NCBI GenBank assembly: GCA_043228905.1
Contig: JBHGNT010000005.1
Span: 23,932,001-23,996,000 of the forward strand
Direction of reading: 5' to 3'
DNA length: 64,000 bases
Origin: Azolla caroliniana
Lineage: Eukaryota; Plantae; Polypodiophyta
The notes under the pieces are model-generated. The model ran no database searches and had not been told where the DNA came from. It saw only the letters and a list, made by a program, of their open reading frames with translations. Numbering within the stretch: the stretch's first letter is position 1; each line of letters starts with the position of its first letter. The position numbers were made by a program, and so were the translations under genes. This document shows positions 1 through 11,621 of the stretch, piece after piece.

Positions 1-2054
1 GGAATCGAGAAGAAGATGATCGAGGGTACGGAACGAGTCCGGCAGGATCGGCATCGGAGCCAAAACTCCGGACATTGGAGAATCAAGCCCAGGTGAGCTT
101 GATCAATCATAGAGCAGATGCTTTCCACCGACACCACTAAAAGGGTCGGTGGCCCCGGACGAGTTGTCGAGAGTCGTTACGAAATCGGTATCCCCACATC
201 TTGACCGGAAACTTCGGTAGTTCGACCGGCGTGGCAACATGAGACCGAAAGAGATGGAAGATGGAGGCGGGAGCACAGCAAGGAGAGCGACGACGAGTCC
301 GGGAGAAGTACAAGGGAAGAAGCGGAGAACGAAGACCGATCCTATGGGTCACCTCACACCGGGCTAGAGACTTCGGCGGTCGGCATCGGATCCGACGTAA
401 GACCAAGATACTCACGGTGGCGGCAGGAGAACGGGACCCGGCCGAGAACCGGGCGGAGTGGACATCCGGATAACCGATCCAAAAGGGAGGAAGAGGCAAG
501 CCTACGGGGAGGCCGGGAACACGATACGTCGGTACCACAGGAGAGGGTGTGGAGTGAGCCACCCTCTTGATTTGCGGAGAAAGACAACCCAGGATAAGGG
601 TCAAAGATACAACAAACCTGAGGAGGATCCTTCACACTAGTTCTAGAGGCTCTGACGGTCGGCCCGAGAGCCGGCGTGAGACCTAGAGTGACAAACGGTG
701 GCGGCGAGGGGACGAAGGCAAGGCTGCGGATGGGCGGTCTATGGAGATCCTCACACCGATCCAGCGGTCGGCCCGAGTGCCGGCGTGAGTCCTATAGGAG
801 AGAACGGTGGTGGCAAGTGAACATGACCAGCAAAAGAGGCCGACGCGAAGGTCGGGACTACGGCGAGAGGAAAACGGCAAGCGGTGTTGCCGCGACCTTA
901 CACACACCGGTTCTAGACACTCTGGCAACCAGCAACGAGAGCCGGTGTGAGACCTAGAGAGAAGAACAGTGAACCAAAGACGGCAAGGGGGTGGTCCCAT
1001 GAAGACACTCACACCGATCCGGAGACTCCGGCAACCAGCGACGACCGCCGGCATGAGACCTAGAGAGAAGGACGGTGGCGGCAGGAGAACGTGATCAGAC
1101 GACGGAAAGCAGAGCGAAAAGAGGTATGAGGCCGGCGAGGCGGCCACGAACCGGATACAGACCCGACCGGCAAAGTCAGCAAAGACAAAGATCGGACGCA
1201 CTTGGTACACGAGTCGGTGACCCAACAAGACAAAGGCCTGAGAAGGATCCTTCACACCTGCCCGGAGACCCCGGCTTTTCGGCCGATGTTGCAACGTGAG
1301 ACCGAGGGTAATGGAAGGTTGCGGCAAGGGGACGAAGGCGGCAACAACAGAGGCACCAACCAACCAAGGCATTACGTGAACGAAGGAGGCCATGCGGGCT
1401 GGGACGTGGCAAGGGTGATCTTCCAGTAAGCTACCGGGGACACCCGGTTAAGGAGCGGTGTTCCGAGCCAGAAAGGGCACACCCGAAAGCGGGACAAGAG
1501 ACGTGTGAGTGGCCATCGAGGGCCAAAGCAAGCACGAGTACGGGACGGCGTTCAGCACAGGCGGTGCCGAACAAGGAAGGCGGAAGACGCCACACGGCAC
1601 GGCAACCATAGAAGGAACAAGGAGCGCGTATTGGGGTCACCTAAGGACCGAAGAACGAACGCGCATCTCGGGGACAATAATGTCACACGGGAGCGCGGAG
1701 CGGAGAGAGTCAACACGCGGAGGGTTTCGGGACGCGGAGACGATCGAACCAACAGAGGGACATACGCGGCACGCAAGATGCGGAATCCGGCGTACAACCG
1801 AAGTGACCGGGGGTGCGATCAGAGAACATACGTAGCGGATAAAGGAGGGGTGACCGGATCGGCAACGGTGTTCGGGAGGACCGATCGGGGAAGAAGGCGC
1901 GAACGTCGGATGTGGGCGGGGCCGATAAGGAGCCGGCAAGATGGTCGAGTGCCGGTAAGGTGGAGGACCCGGTTAATCACCGTCATCGAAATCTCTCACC
2001 CTTTTCCTTTCTTGGCACATACCGGTGGTGGATGTGCGGTTTGATGGGGGTGGA
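1..2054 (+). mobile_element. GC-rich 3' internal region of an LTR retrotransposon (element A), ending in a polypurine tract; continues beyond the window start
   Basis: GC-rich block with recurring motifs (CGGYGTGAGACCTAGAG near 673, 781, 944, 1050; GGATCCTTCACAC). PPT-like TTGATGGGGGTGGA at 2041-2054 sits immediately before an LTR starting with TG. No recognisable pol ORF in this part. Confidence 0.7.
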
Positions 2055-2807
2055 TGTCGTGAAGATTTCCGACTATAGTGTGAAACCGGGGTGGAATGGG
2101 CAAGTCGGTGGTGTGCAACATGTGCACATGTATAGTAGGAAACGATGTATAGAATAAGGGGGAGTATTTATCCCACATTGTAACGCCCTCCCCTCCTTGG
2201 TCTATAAAAGGAGGAAAGGGTCTCTTGTAAAAGGGTTGCCCATTTTTCAGTCATAAGGGTATTACCATTTTGATCGAGGGTCTCTTCGTTAGGAATTGGT
2301 CTAGGGTTAGAAACTTTCTTTTGTATTCTTCTTCTTCTCCTCCTCCTTCTTGAGAAGTTGGGGCGCCGCAGCCATGGCGGCAAAGCTCTGTTAGGGTTGT
2401 GTTCTTCGTCGTTGTGCGTGTTGAGTCCTTGTGTCTGTTCTGAGTGTAGCCCGACCCGAAGTAGGGTTTGTATCAATCTTTGTGAATATACATATATTTA
2501 TATATAGATAGATAGATATAAGGATGCGAGAGTTCAAATCTCTGCCGGTGTCGCATGTGTTTCCCTTACTCTGTTCTCTGTACAAACGAGGCGTGGTCTG
2601 AATCAGTGTTGCGCGCATATTCTCTCTCTCTCTCTCCTCTCCTCTCTTGTTCTCAACCAATTCCGGTACATGTCCGGAATAGCCCCGGTTTGTACCACGA
2701 CCGGTGTAGTTGCACCGAAGAGGGTCGGCTTACCAGCATCCATCTCTTCCTGGTCTGAGACCCCCATGGTCCCGCCCTTCTACACGCACGCGCGTAATAT
2801 CGCGACA
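2055..2807 (+). mobile_element. 3' LTR (753 bp) of element A, inserted into the gag of element B
   Basis: Starts TGTCGTGAAGATT and ends AATATCGCGACA (imperfect terminal inverted repeat, TG...CA). Preceded by the PPT; TATAAAA at ~2203. The sequence switches to the minus-strand gag at 2808. Confidence 0.8.
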
Positions 2808-3683
2808 ACATGTAGTGTCAATCTCCATCGGAGTCGGAGTATTCACTTGAGACACATTATATGACTCCCTCAGAAAAGGTTTCGCTACCATTGAGGCGTA
2901 TGTGGGCTCTGATCTTGCCCTCGGCATCTGGAATTGTTGTTCCAAACATCGTTCGAAAAGGCGGTTGTCACATCTCACCGCGCAACTGATTGCTTCTGTT
3001 AATGACTTTGGTTCTTCGACGAAGGTCAAGAGTAAATCCTTGACATCATTGAGTAAACCATAACGAAATTGCTCCATCAATGCTTGATCATCCCAAGGGA
3101 TATGGGCGGCGAGTAGGCAGAAATTTGCAGCATATGTGGAGGCTGGACGATCACCTTGGCGTAATCGTCGGATTTTGTTGATTGTTGTCCTTATGTTATC
3201 AGTATCTCCAAAACAAGCTTTAAACTCACTTATAAATTCTTCAAAATTGTTTAGTAATGGAGATTCCTTTTCTAACAACGAAGCAAACCATACCAATGCT
3301 GAGCCACTAAGTAGAGTGCCTACTAGTCCCACTCGTGATGCATCGGTGGGATATCGAGAATGATGCATTTGAATCACTAAACATACCTGATTCAGAAAAC
3401 CTCTAAACTATGATTGGGTCCCATCAAATTTTGCAAGAAGACCGATCTTGGGTTCTTTGTGAATCCCTTGAGTGCTTGATCCTTGTTGTTGTAGTGATAC
3501 AATAGTCGTGTCAAGTTGTTGTACACCTAACGTCAGCTCCCTATGTTGTTGTTTTTCCAGCGCTATTTGTTGAAGATCCCCCAACAAACGGTGATTTTCT
3601 TGTTCTAGTGCTACAAATTTCTCTTTTAAGCATTGGAGCTCCGAGAAAACAGATTGGTATTCCTGAGCGCCAACAGTTTCCAT
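2808..3683 (-). pseudogene. gag: Ty3/gypsy chromovirus (Tcn1/sushi-type) gag of element B, with one premature stop, truncated by insertion of element A
   Basis: ATG at 3683: METVGAQEY...EPKIGLLAKFDGTQS*FRGFLNQVCLVIQMH...LLSGSALVWF...LRQGDRPASTYAANF...FRYGL...AVRCDNRL...PTPMEID. These motifs are typical of sushi/PEG10-like gag. In-frame TAG at 3408-3410 joins ORFs 3408-3833 and 2730-3377. Confidence 0.88.
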
Positions 3684-3821
3684 TTTACTAGGGAGGATAA
3701 GAGGATTAGTATGAAGGGAAAAAAGGGGTAAGAAATGAGGGAAACCGGAAAGAAGACCGGAAAAAAGGGGATATGTAAGAATATAAAAGGAAGAGGAGGA
3801 AAGGAGGAGACAGAAGGAGGG

Positions 3822-3835
3822 AAATCGGTTCAAAC
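3822..3835 (-). other. Primer-binding site of element B (non-tRNA; self-priming type)
   Basis: Minus-strand GTTTGAACCGATTT immediately follows the LTR end and lacks the TGG expected for a tRNA 3'-CCA. 12 nt are the exact complement of minus-strand 4051-4040 (AAATCGGTTCAA) inside the LTR. Confidence 0.72.
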
Positions 3836-4238
3836 TATCAGGAATAGTACTGAGACAAAGAAGAAATTAGTACTAAGAGAGGAATATTGGTACTAAGAGG
3901 AATAGAGGGTGTAGAACACTCGAGAGAATGAGAGAGAGAGAGTGAGTGAGTGAGAGATCGAGGGAGAGAAAATGATGATGACAGCGATATATTATGTGAG
4001 AAGAATATACAATGAAGGCTAGGAGGCTTAAGACTGGCGTTGAACCGATTTGGTTTGAAATAATGCCTTGTGCCTCCTTTTATAGTGTTCTCGGGAGTAA
4101 TCTTGAAGCTTCTAGAATGTTCCAGAGAAATCTGGAATATACATTAATATCCTATGAATTACAATAGATAGTGTAATGGTCAAGAGCTTGACCCATGTAA
4201 CATAAGGTCATGGGTTCGAGTCTTGCCATATCATGACA
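3836..4238 (-). mobile_element. 5' LTR (403 bp) of element B
   Basis: Minus strand begins TGTCATGA (4238) and ends TCCTGATA (3836; TGACA with a C>T change). TATAAAA at 4084-4078, CT-rich R/U5 region, followed by the PBS and gag leader. Confidence 0.8.
4162..4233 (+). other. tRNA-like (Pol III A-box/B-box) cassette embedded in U3 of the element B LTR; not a functional tRNA gene
   Basis: A-box TAGTGTAATGGT at 4169-4180 and B-box GGTTCGAGTC at 4213-4222, with tRNA-like spacing (~45 nt from U8 to G53). T-stem pairs mostly through G-U; acceptor stem does not pair. Confidence 0.6.
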
Positions 4239-4840
4239 AAACCAATGCAGTAGAACGAGGACCCACTCGAACCCCTAGACCAGACTAGAGCATATTGGAC
4301 ATACTCATCGAGGATTGAAGAGGCTAATTGTGGGTTCGACGTACAATGTATTGTCCCACGGGCGTGTCATGTGTTGGTCAGAGGCTGGAGTATGAAAGAC
4401 AAGTGGGGGATGAGTCAGAAGCAGAAAGTATTAGTTATTAATTAGCTAGAATTAAAATAGGAACGAACGGATCTGAAAGAGTTGCAACGATCTGGATCCA
4501 GACCGATTCGTAGCCAGTTGCCGGTATGGCACCGTTTTGTAATCAGAACCGGATTCCTATAAAAGGATCCGAAGAACGATGTATTAAGTATGGTGGAATG
4601 AATATAAGTAGAATTGTCTTTGAGAATATTGTGTACCTTCCTTTCTGTGCTTATGGTTTTATCTTACGAATGACATCAATCTGTGTATGTTGTTAATCCA
4701 GAACCGACCCGAAAATAGTCGGATATAATTATAATCCTACCAAAAGCATAAACCCTGTAACCACCCTTTGGTGAAGTGATCCGAAAGGAGACCCTGTGTT
4801 AGTGGCTAGTCCGGCCCAGGATTAAAAACCTTATTGTGCA
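4239..4840 (+). mobile_element. Probable LTR fragment of a third retroelement (host of element B)
   Basis: Higher GC than the flanking AT-rich DNA, CTATAAAAGG at 4557-4566 and LTR-like U5 composition. Termini are not clearly defined. Confidence 0.35.
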
Positions 4841-5186
4841 TGTTTAATTGGAACCATTTACAAACTTGTCAATTTTCATCACAAACTATTGATTTTTATC
4901 CTTATTGATATAGTTTAAACAATATCCACCCATCCAACAATGAAGATATTTTACATGCCTTGTGTAAGCTCAAACAATATAAACACTTACATTACAAAAT
5001 AAGTGCACTTTGGGTCATATAAAACAATTGGCTTGGCCAAGTTAGCTACAAGGGATACAATCATTGTCCAAATATTCGGTTAATCCAAACAACCTTTCCA
5101 AATATCATGAATCCTCCTTTGGTCAAGGGATCCTTTAGTAGAATTTCTACTACCCGTTGTCTCTGAATGTTAGAAGGGGATGTATG

Positions 5187-5770
5187 TAGCAATGGGCCTA
5201 GTTTAGTTTCGGTTTGGTTTGGTTTCTTTGCCTTGAAACCAAACTGAACTAAACCAAACCATTTATATAAAACAAAAACCAAACCAAACCATTTAAGAAA
5301 AGGTAAACCAAACTATTTAAACCAAAACCATTTAGGGAAATGTTGAAATCAAACCGAGCCATTTAATAAAAAGTTTAAACCTAACAACATTTAAGCCAAA
5401 CTAATTAAAAAATTAAATAAATAGAAATATACTAAATTAAATAAGCACTTATGTTAATTTAAATAAATAAGCATTAATTAAGCCATTAGATTAAATAAAC
5501 ATTTAAGTTAAATGAATTAAATCAATAAAAAACATTAATTAAACATTAAATTACATAAACATTTCAGGGATAAAAAAAGTTAGCCCAAACACCTATAAAC
5601 CTTTAAACCAAACCACTTAAACCGATAAACCCCAGTTTCAAAACCGAACTGAACCATTTGACTAATAATTAAAACTAAACCAAACCATTTAATTATTTTG
5701 GAACTTATAAACCTTTAAACCATGGCTTAACGGTTCAATTTAGTTTGAGTCGAAATTGGGCCCATTGTTA
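5187..5770. mobile_element. hAT-family MITE (584 bp)
   Basis: TIRs TAGCAATGGGCC / GGCCCATTGTTA. Perfect 8-bp TSD GATGTATG at 5179-5186 and 5771-5778. Subterminal AAACC(A/G) repeats in both orientations. Confidence 0.9.
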
Positions 5771-6333
5771 GATGTATGTAGCATATTGGTGAAGAAGAAT
5801 TATTACGTCAACCAAACCCCTAGAATTTCAACTACTCATTGTCTTCTAAATGCGAGAAGGGAATGTTTTAATGTAGCATATTTGTCAAGGTGAATTCTTA
5901 AGTCAACCAAACCCCTAATTCAACCTACACGTGTTGCTTTTTAACATAAAGCCACAAGGATCATACATATATATCTTTTTTTTATTTCAATTACATGGTG
6001 CATATGTATACGTACCATCACCGATTCTCATTCCCCCCTGCCCCTCAAGCCTCTACTTGTTTTATTATGACTGGAGATGGTGCTGACACTTTCTTGACCC
6101 TTGCAACTTGTTTTTCGTAATAGTAATGGTAACCATGGCAAGATTTTGACGGGTTTCATGCTCGTCAAAAACATACACATAGTAAAAATGCTCGTCAAAT
6201 GAGATATAAAGTTTAAATTTTCATTTTCATGTGAAAGGCCCCTACAAATTATGCATGTCAAATAACATACTAAAATTCTATTTTCCATGTCATATATATT
6301 ATATATATACATATGTCACTTATTATAGATAGT

Positions 6334-7791
6334 CAGTAACCATTTGGTTAAGTGTGTGCCCACTTAAGTGTGCTATTCTATTAAGTGCGCATTTTATAGA
6401 GGTCAAAATCTAGATCAAAAAATTTACATTGTTTCATGATGAAATTACATCTAACCAAATTGAAACTATGTTCAAACATTTAAAAAACAATAAAATCATA
6501 TAAAAATCTGATTATTACACATTGAATGGTATGGTATGTGTGCCAATTAGCAAATTTCACATTCAGTGATATAATTTATTCATATTCATCCCCTCCTTCG
6601 TAGTGTTTCCCTACCTGAATACTCTTTCTATTGCTTCTTGTTATTTTTATTTTATTTTTTTCCAAAAAAAGATACTACATTAGTATTAGAAAACCGCCAT
6701 AAGGCTAAACATACAAGCTATACCGATCCCCTATATTTTTCTAAAGTCTAACCATTGGCTTGAATAAACACTTTGGTGTTGAGTAGAACCACTCCACCTT
6801 ACCAAAATACCGTCTATAAAATATACCTATGTCCCAAATGGCATGAAACTCCACCCGCCTAAGCTCCGCTTGATGCGTATTACCTTTTATTGTTATTGAT
6901 GCATCTTCTTAATCTTCTTATAATTCTTATTCTTCTTCCTTCTTTTCCTTATTCTTTCCTAAACCACTTCTTTTTCTTGATTCTTATTGATCCTAATTTG
7001 TTTCATTCTTCTTCTTCCACTGCAGATGCATTTCCTTGATTCTTCTTCTTTTACTCTATGTACTCCCTTTTCATGATGTTTCTTCCTACTAATACCCCTT
7101 CCCTTCTTCTAATGAGTTCTTAATTCTTATTATTCCGTCTACTTCCCCTTCCCCTATTCATCATCATCTACTTCCTTCTGTTTCTTTCTTTGTATTTCCT
7201 TCTCCTTGCTCCCTCTCCTTTCTGGTTCGTCTTCTTCTACTTCATGTAGAGTTCTAGTCCATGAGAGAAAATACAAATTTCATAATATATTTGCGCCTGT
7301 AAAGCTTCATAAACTAGATTGTAGCCCCATAAATAGCTACTTTCAAGATGATAGTTCCAACTACTTAGCATCCATAAGAGAAAAAACTTGCAATTTCAAA
7401 TTAAAGAAAAGGTTTTTCTAGGGTTGAAACAATGAAAATCACTTCCATTGCAACAAATTAGATCAAATTTCTATAAACAAATTAGAACAATCTTCAACAT
7501 ATGAAATGCTCAAGTTTTATTGGAGAATAGAACAACAAATACCTTCTGCCACAATAGGTGAGAACAGTCAGCTTCGACAAACAAAATTTAAATCTGTTTA
7601 GCTTCCTCCTGAGTTAAAGTTCTATTGTAGAAGAAAAAATAGAAGAACAGTTTCTGTGAAACAAGTTTTGCATAAGAAGAAAGAAAAAATTGGGAAAAAA
7701 AAATTGAGTGAAAAGGCCCTAAGTGCACAACTTGGTTAAGTGCGCACTTCTTCCTTGCGTTCAGAGTGCGCACTTAACCGAATGGTTACTG
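6334..7791. mobile_element. Non-autonomous pogo/Tc1-mariner-like element nested in the hAT element
   Basis: 21-bp TIRs CAGTAACCATTTGGTTAAGTG / CACTTAACCGAATGGTTACTG (1 mismatch). TA on the right flank; subterminal TTAAGTGYGC repeats at both ends. Confidence 0.8.
6660..6890 (-). mobile_element. Short 3'-end fragment of a LINE, same family as the 45.8-48 kb LINE
   Basis: AAGATACTACATTAGTATTA...AACCACTCCACCTT...GGCATGAAACTCCA is collinear with 45829-46050; T-rich tail on the left. Confidence 0.65.
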
Positions 7792-10084
7792 TACTATGAA
7801 GTGTGTATAATAATATATTTATTATTATATTGTAATAATGCTATATATTCTCAAATATTTATTCTTTACTAATAATATTAGTTGAAATTTGATTGAAATT
7901 TTAAACAATAACTTTTATTAAATACTTTAAGAGTGTAAACTCTGGGTTTGATTTTAATGATTTAAGTTGTTTTATGTTTAAATCAAATTGTTTACTTACC
8001 TAAAAGTTTAAGTTAATACAAAAAAATTTACTAACCTTTTTTTCATATTTATTAGTAAAAACATTAACACGATATTTATTTTATGTATTTCATTATCATT
8101 GTGAGGTAGTTATGTGTTTATTTGTGCATCTTTGTGTACTTTCTATAGTAATGAAATATATAACAATGAAGCATCATATAGAGCTTTTTATTATTAAAAT
8201 TTTATGTCAAATGACATGTTAGTTTTTGCACTCTCATGTTATATGACATACATCTTTAAAAAATGCCCGTCGAAAAACATTAATACTAACCCATCAAATT
8301 TAGGCCCTGATGGTAAGTTGCCTTTGAATTCTAGATTCTTTATGGTAATGTACAATTCAATATATGTATTGCACCATGGTTTTTTTGTTAAGAGATACAT
8401 TGTTTGCCATAAATTTCACAAATTGACAAAAATTACAATCTTATTGAGCTTTAGTTCATATAGAGTACAATGTACATGCTCATAATATATATATATATAT
8501 ATATATGCATATCCCTTTACTGAGATGTTCATAGAGGTATTATTCTATCTATATAGCTTATAATACAATACTAGCATTGAGCTTAATGAGATATTATTCA
8601 TAATGGCATCATCCAATATATCAAATCTAATACACTTGGTAGCTTTGCCTTTTGTATTGTTGTTGGCTCATGGGTTAGGGAATTCACAACCCTATGGTTG
8701 CATAACAACTACTATACAGTTGCACAAACATATTTATGTTTTATATCATCGATTAAGTGCGCCCATCAATAGAGAATAATCTTCTAGATCTAATTACTCT
8801 ACATTTGGGGATGATGTACAAGCTATACATGTAGTGCTCACACATTTTGTTTTAGTAGGTAACAACTTCTCAAGATTAAACATATGTTAGGTTTTCATGC
8901 CAATTCATGTTACGACGAATTTACAATAAGCTCAAATGTTAAGGAAAACTAACAACATACTAGAGACGACAATGGAAACAAATTTAAATTAAACCCATCC
9001 ACGATAATAGTTGCAGCAAAGAGGTATGCAGGACACTAGCAATCATGTCATATCAACAACTTTGTATGTTCGGCATGGCGTCAATATTTGATTATGTATG
9101 TTTACATTGAAGAGAATTTCTTCGGCCACATGATGAAGGATATGATTTCCACAATCCTCATTGTTTCCACTCGAAACAACGTGCATGTGTACAGGTACGC
9201 ATACACGTAATTTATTGTGAAACACACAAGCTTGATATCTTGATCCCTTGGTTAGGATGAATCCACATGTACCCTCCAAAACGAGACAAACAAAATATGT
9301 GTGGTCAAGGGACATTACAATTTAGCATGATCCATATACTAATAATGGGAGGCATGGTGGGTTAGAGGCAGATTGATCGAGCACGGTAACTTTGAAGAGA
9401 TGCACGTGGTAAAAGAGAGCAACTATGATGTAACTCTAGTGATTCCTTCTGCATCCTACTATTCTCGACAGACAATTTGGATTGTTATGAGTCATGCGGG
9501 ACATGCATTCACACCATTTGCCTTCTTTACAACAGTTATTATAGAGAAGCATGAGTAGCATTACATACAGCACCGGAGAAAGTCGGCCCAAAACTGGGGA
9601 TATGAGTGACTAGATCAAATTATCGAGAGATAATAATAGTAAAAAACAGCTAGAAATGGAGGGTCCACTGACTCAAGAAACAAAAAAAACAAAAAGCAAA
9701 GTATGAGAAGAGACCAAAAGAAAAGAATAGAAAAACAAACTAAAGGAGAAGGAGAAGAGCAGAAAGCAAAGAAGAAGAAGAAGAAGAAGAAGAAGAAGAG
9801 ATGCTTTTCTGCTTTTCTTGCTTTTTGGCGGAAAGGCAAAGGGAAAAGAAAAAGCGGAAAGCACAAAAAACAAAAAATAAAATAAAGAGGAATAATAAGA
9901 GAAAAAAAAAACAAAGGAGAAGAAGAAGGGAAAAAAGATAAAAAGAACAAAGGAAATGAAAATAGGAGGGCAGAAAAGCAAAACGCAAAACGCAAAAAGC
10001 AAAGATGGGAATTTATGAATATTATTCTTTTTATTTTTTATTTTTTATTTAGAATTAAAGGGGGAAAAAAAAAACAAATACGGA

Positions 10085-10216
10085 TATATAAGCGCAGAAG
10101 AATCGAAGCTTCAGTCTATCTTCCATAGCCATAGCCATAGCCATCTTCATCTTCATCATCATCTTCTTCATCTTCTTCTTCATCTTCTGCAGCGGCAGAA
10201 GTAGCAGAAGCAGCAG
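10085..10216 (+). promoter_or_regulatory. PDX1 core promoter (TATA) and non-coding first exon
   Basis: TATATAA at 10085-10091 followed by a (GCCATA)n/(CTT)n leader. Donor CAG|GTCAGT at 10216/10217; acceptor AAGCAG| at 11619, two bases before the ATG, giving a ~1.4-kb 5'UTR intron. Confidence 0.6.
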
Positions 10217-11621
10217 GTCAGTATCTGTCTCTCTCTGTGTGTGTATAATATGATGCCTTTCTCCTGATCTTCTCCTGCTTGTCTGTTTCTCCCTGAATCA
10301 CCTGCCAGAGATCAAGCTCTCTGTTTTGATATACCTCACTCACTATAGTAGGTGAAGAAACTGTTCTTGGTTTCTTCGACGAAGCCTTTTAATGCTGTTC
10401 TTTTCTTTTTTTGTTTTCCCTTTCGTTGATTCTGGATATGGCATGGCTTCCATTCTTTTCCTTTTCATTCTTCCTCTTCTGAGCCATGCCGTATACAGGC
10501 CTCTGTTTTAAGGCTTTCTCCTTCTTCCTCGGGAGACCTGTCTGCCTTATACATATTAGTGTTTCTTTCGGCTTCTTTTCCAAGAATCTATCTTCTGAAT
10601 CCTTTTCAGCTGTATATTTAGGGCTTCTTCAGAGCTCTCGTTCGTGCTCTGAGGTTTGTCTGCTATAGATTTAGGCTTCTTTTGAGTTCCTCTTATTTCC
10701 GAGGCCTATCTGCCACATATTTAGGATTTTCTTTAGAATCTGATTGTCTTAGGTGTAGGAAAAGTTCCATTAATGTCCTATGTCCTATGCTCAGGTTTAT
10801 CCTCTTGATATTCAGTGTTTTGACTTCTTGTAGAGTAGTTATAGAGTTGTCAGCTAACATGACTGACATGTCATGATCTCCTCAGGCTCTACATTTTTGT
10901 TTCCCTGAAAGGCATAAACTGTCTTATCGCATCTAATTTTTCCTGATCTAGTTTTTCTATTTATGTTTCTGCAAATAAAATCTTCATGCTTTGAATCAGG
11001 CAATTTTGAGTTCTTCTGTGTGTTTCACATCAAGTTTGTGAAAATAAATTTTTGTGTTTTGCAGCAAGTAAATTTTCACTTTTGTTTTCTGTAGAATATT
11101 TGTAACATCGTGTATTATGTCTTAAGTATTTTTCTCACCCTTTTAAGAATTCCACTGGTTCATCTTGATGTTCTCGTGAAGGATTAGATGCATTCATCCT
11201 GAAGGTGTTTTTAGTAGCTCTTATTACTTGTGGAAACTCTAAAGATTTGACCGATTTTTTAGAAATGTGTAAAGCTGTGTCGCACTTTCATTGGGGTTTC
11301 TGTTGCTGCATAGGTTTCACTGGGAAATCTTGCATCATAGAGAGTTCTGGTTCATCCCGACGTTTTTAAAGAAGGGTCTAAATTGTGATACACTTTTGGT
11401 TGGGGTTTTCCTGTATTGCACAGTGCTCACCAGTAAAATCTGCATGCTACATTCTCTTACTCATGATATATTACATGAAGTTTATGCTTTTTGAATGTCC
11501 TTAGTGGTAACCTAAAGTTTGCAAGTCTCTCTCTCTCTATATATATTTAACAAATATTATGGATCACACTTCAGTATTTGTTCAACTGGTAGTGGTTACT
11601 GACTTTAAATTTTAAGCAGTG

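Larger units (their letters stand above)
6134..8309. mobile_element. Non-autonomous hAT-like element carrying a nested insertion
   Basis: Imperfect 20-bp TIRs CATGGCAAGATTTTGACGGG / CCCATCAAATTTAGGCCCTG. 8-bp TSD ATGGTAAC (6126-6133) / ATGGTAAG (8310-8317). Subterminal ATGCYCGTCRAA motifs. Confidence 0.75.

Noticed and set aside
4162-4233. Functional tRNA gene
   Set aside because: Acceptor and anticodon stems do not pair; kept only as a tRNA-like cassette.
9043-9558. Short ORFs possibly from a transposase or captured gene
   Set aside because: No recognisable motif in the frames I examined.
9615-10002. Several Phe/Leu- or Lys-rich ORFs
   Set aside because: Translations of an A/G-rich low-complexity tract upstream of PDX1; no protein signal.
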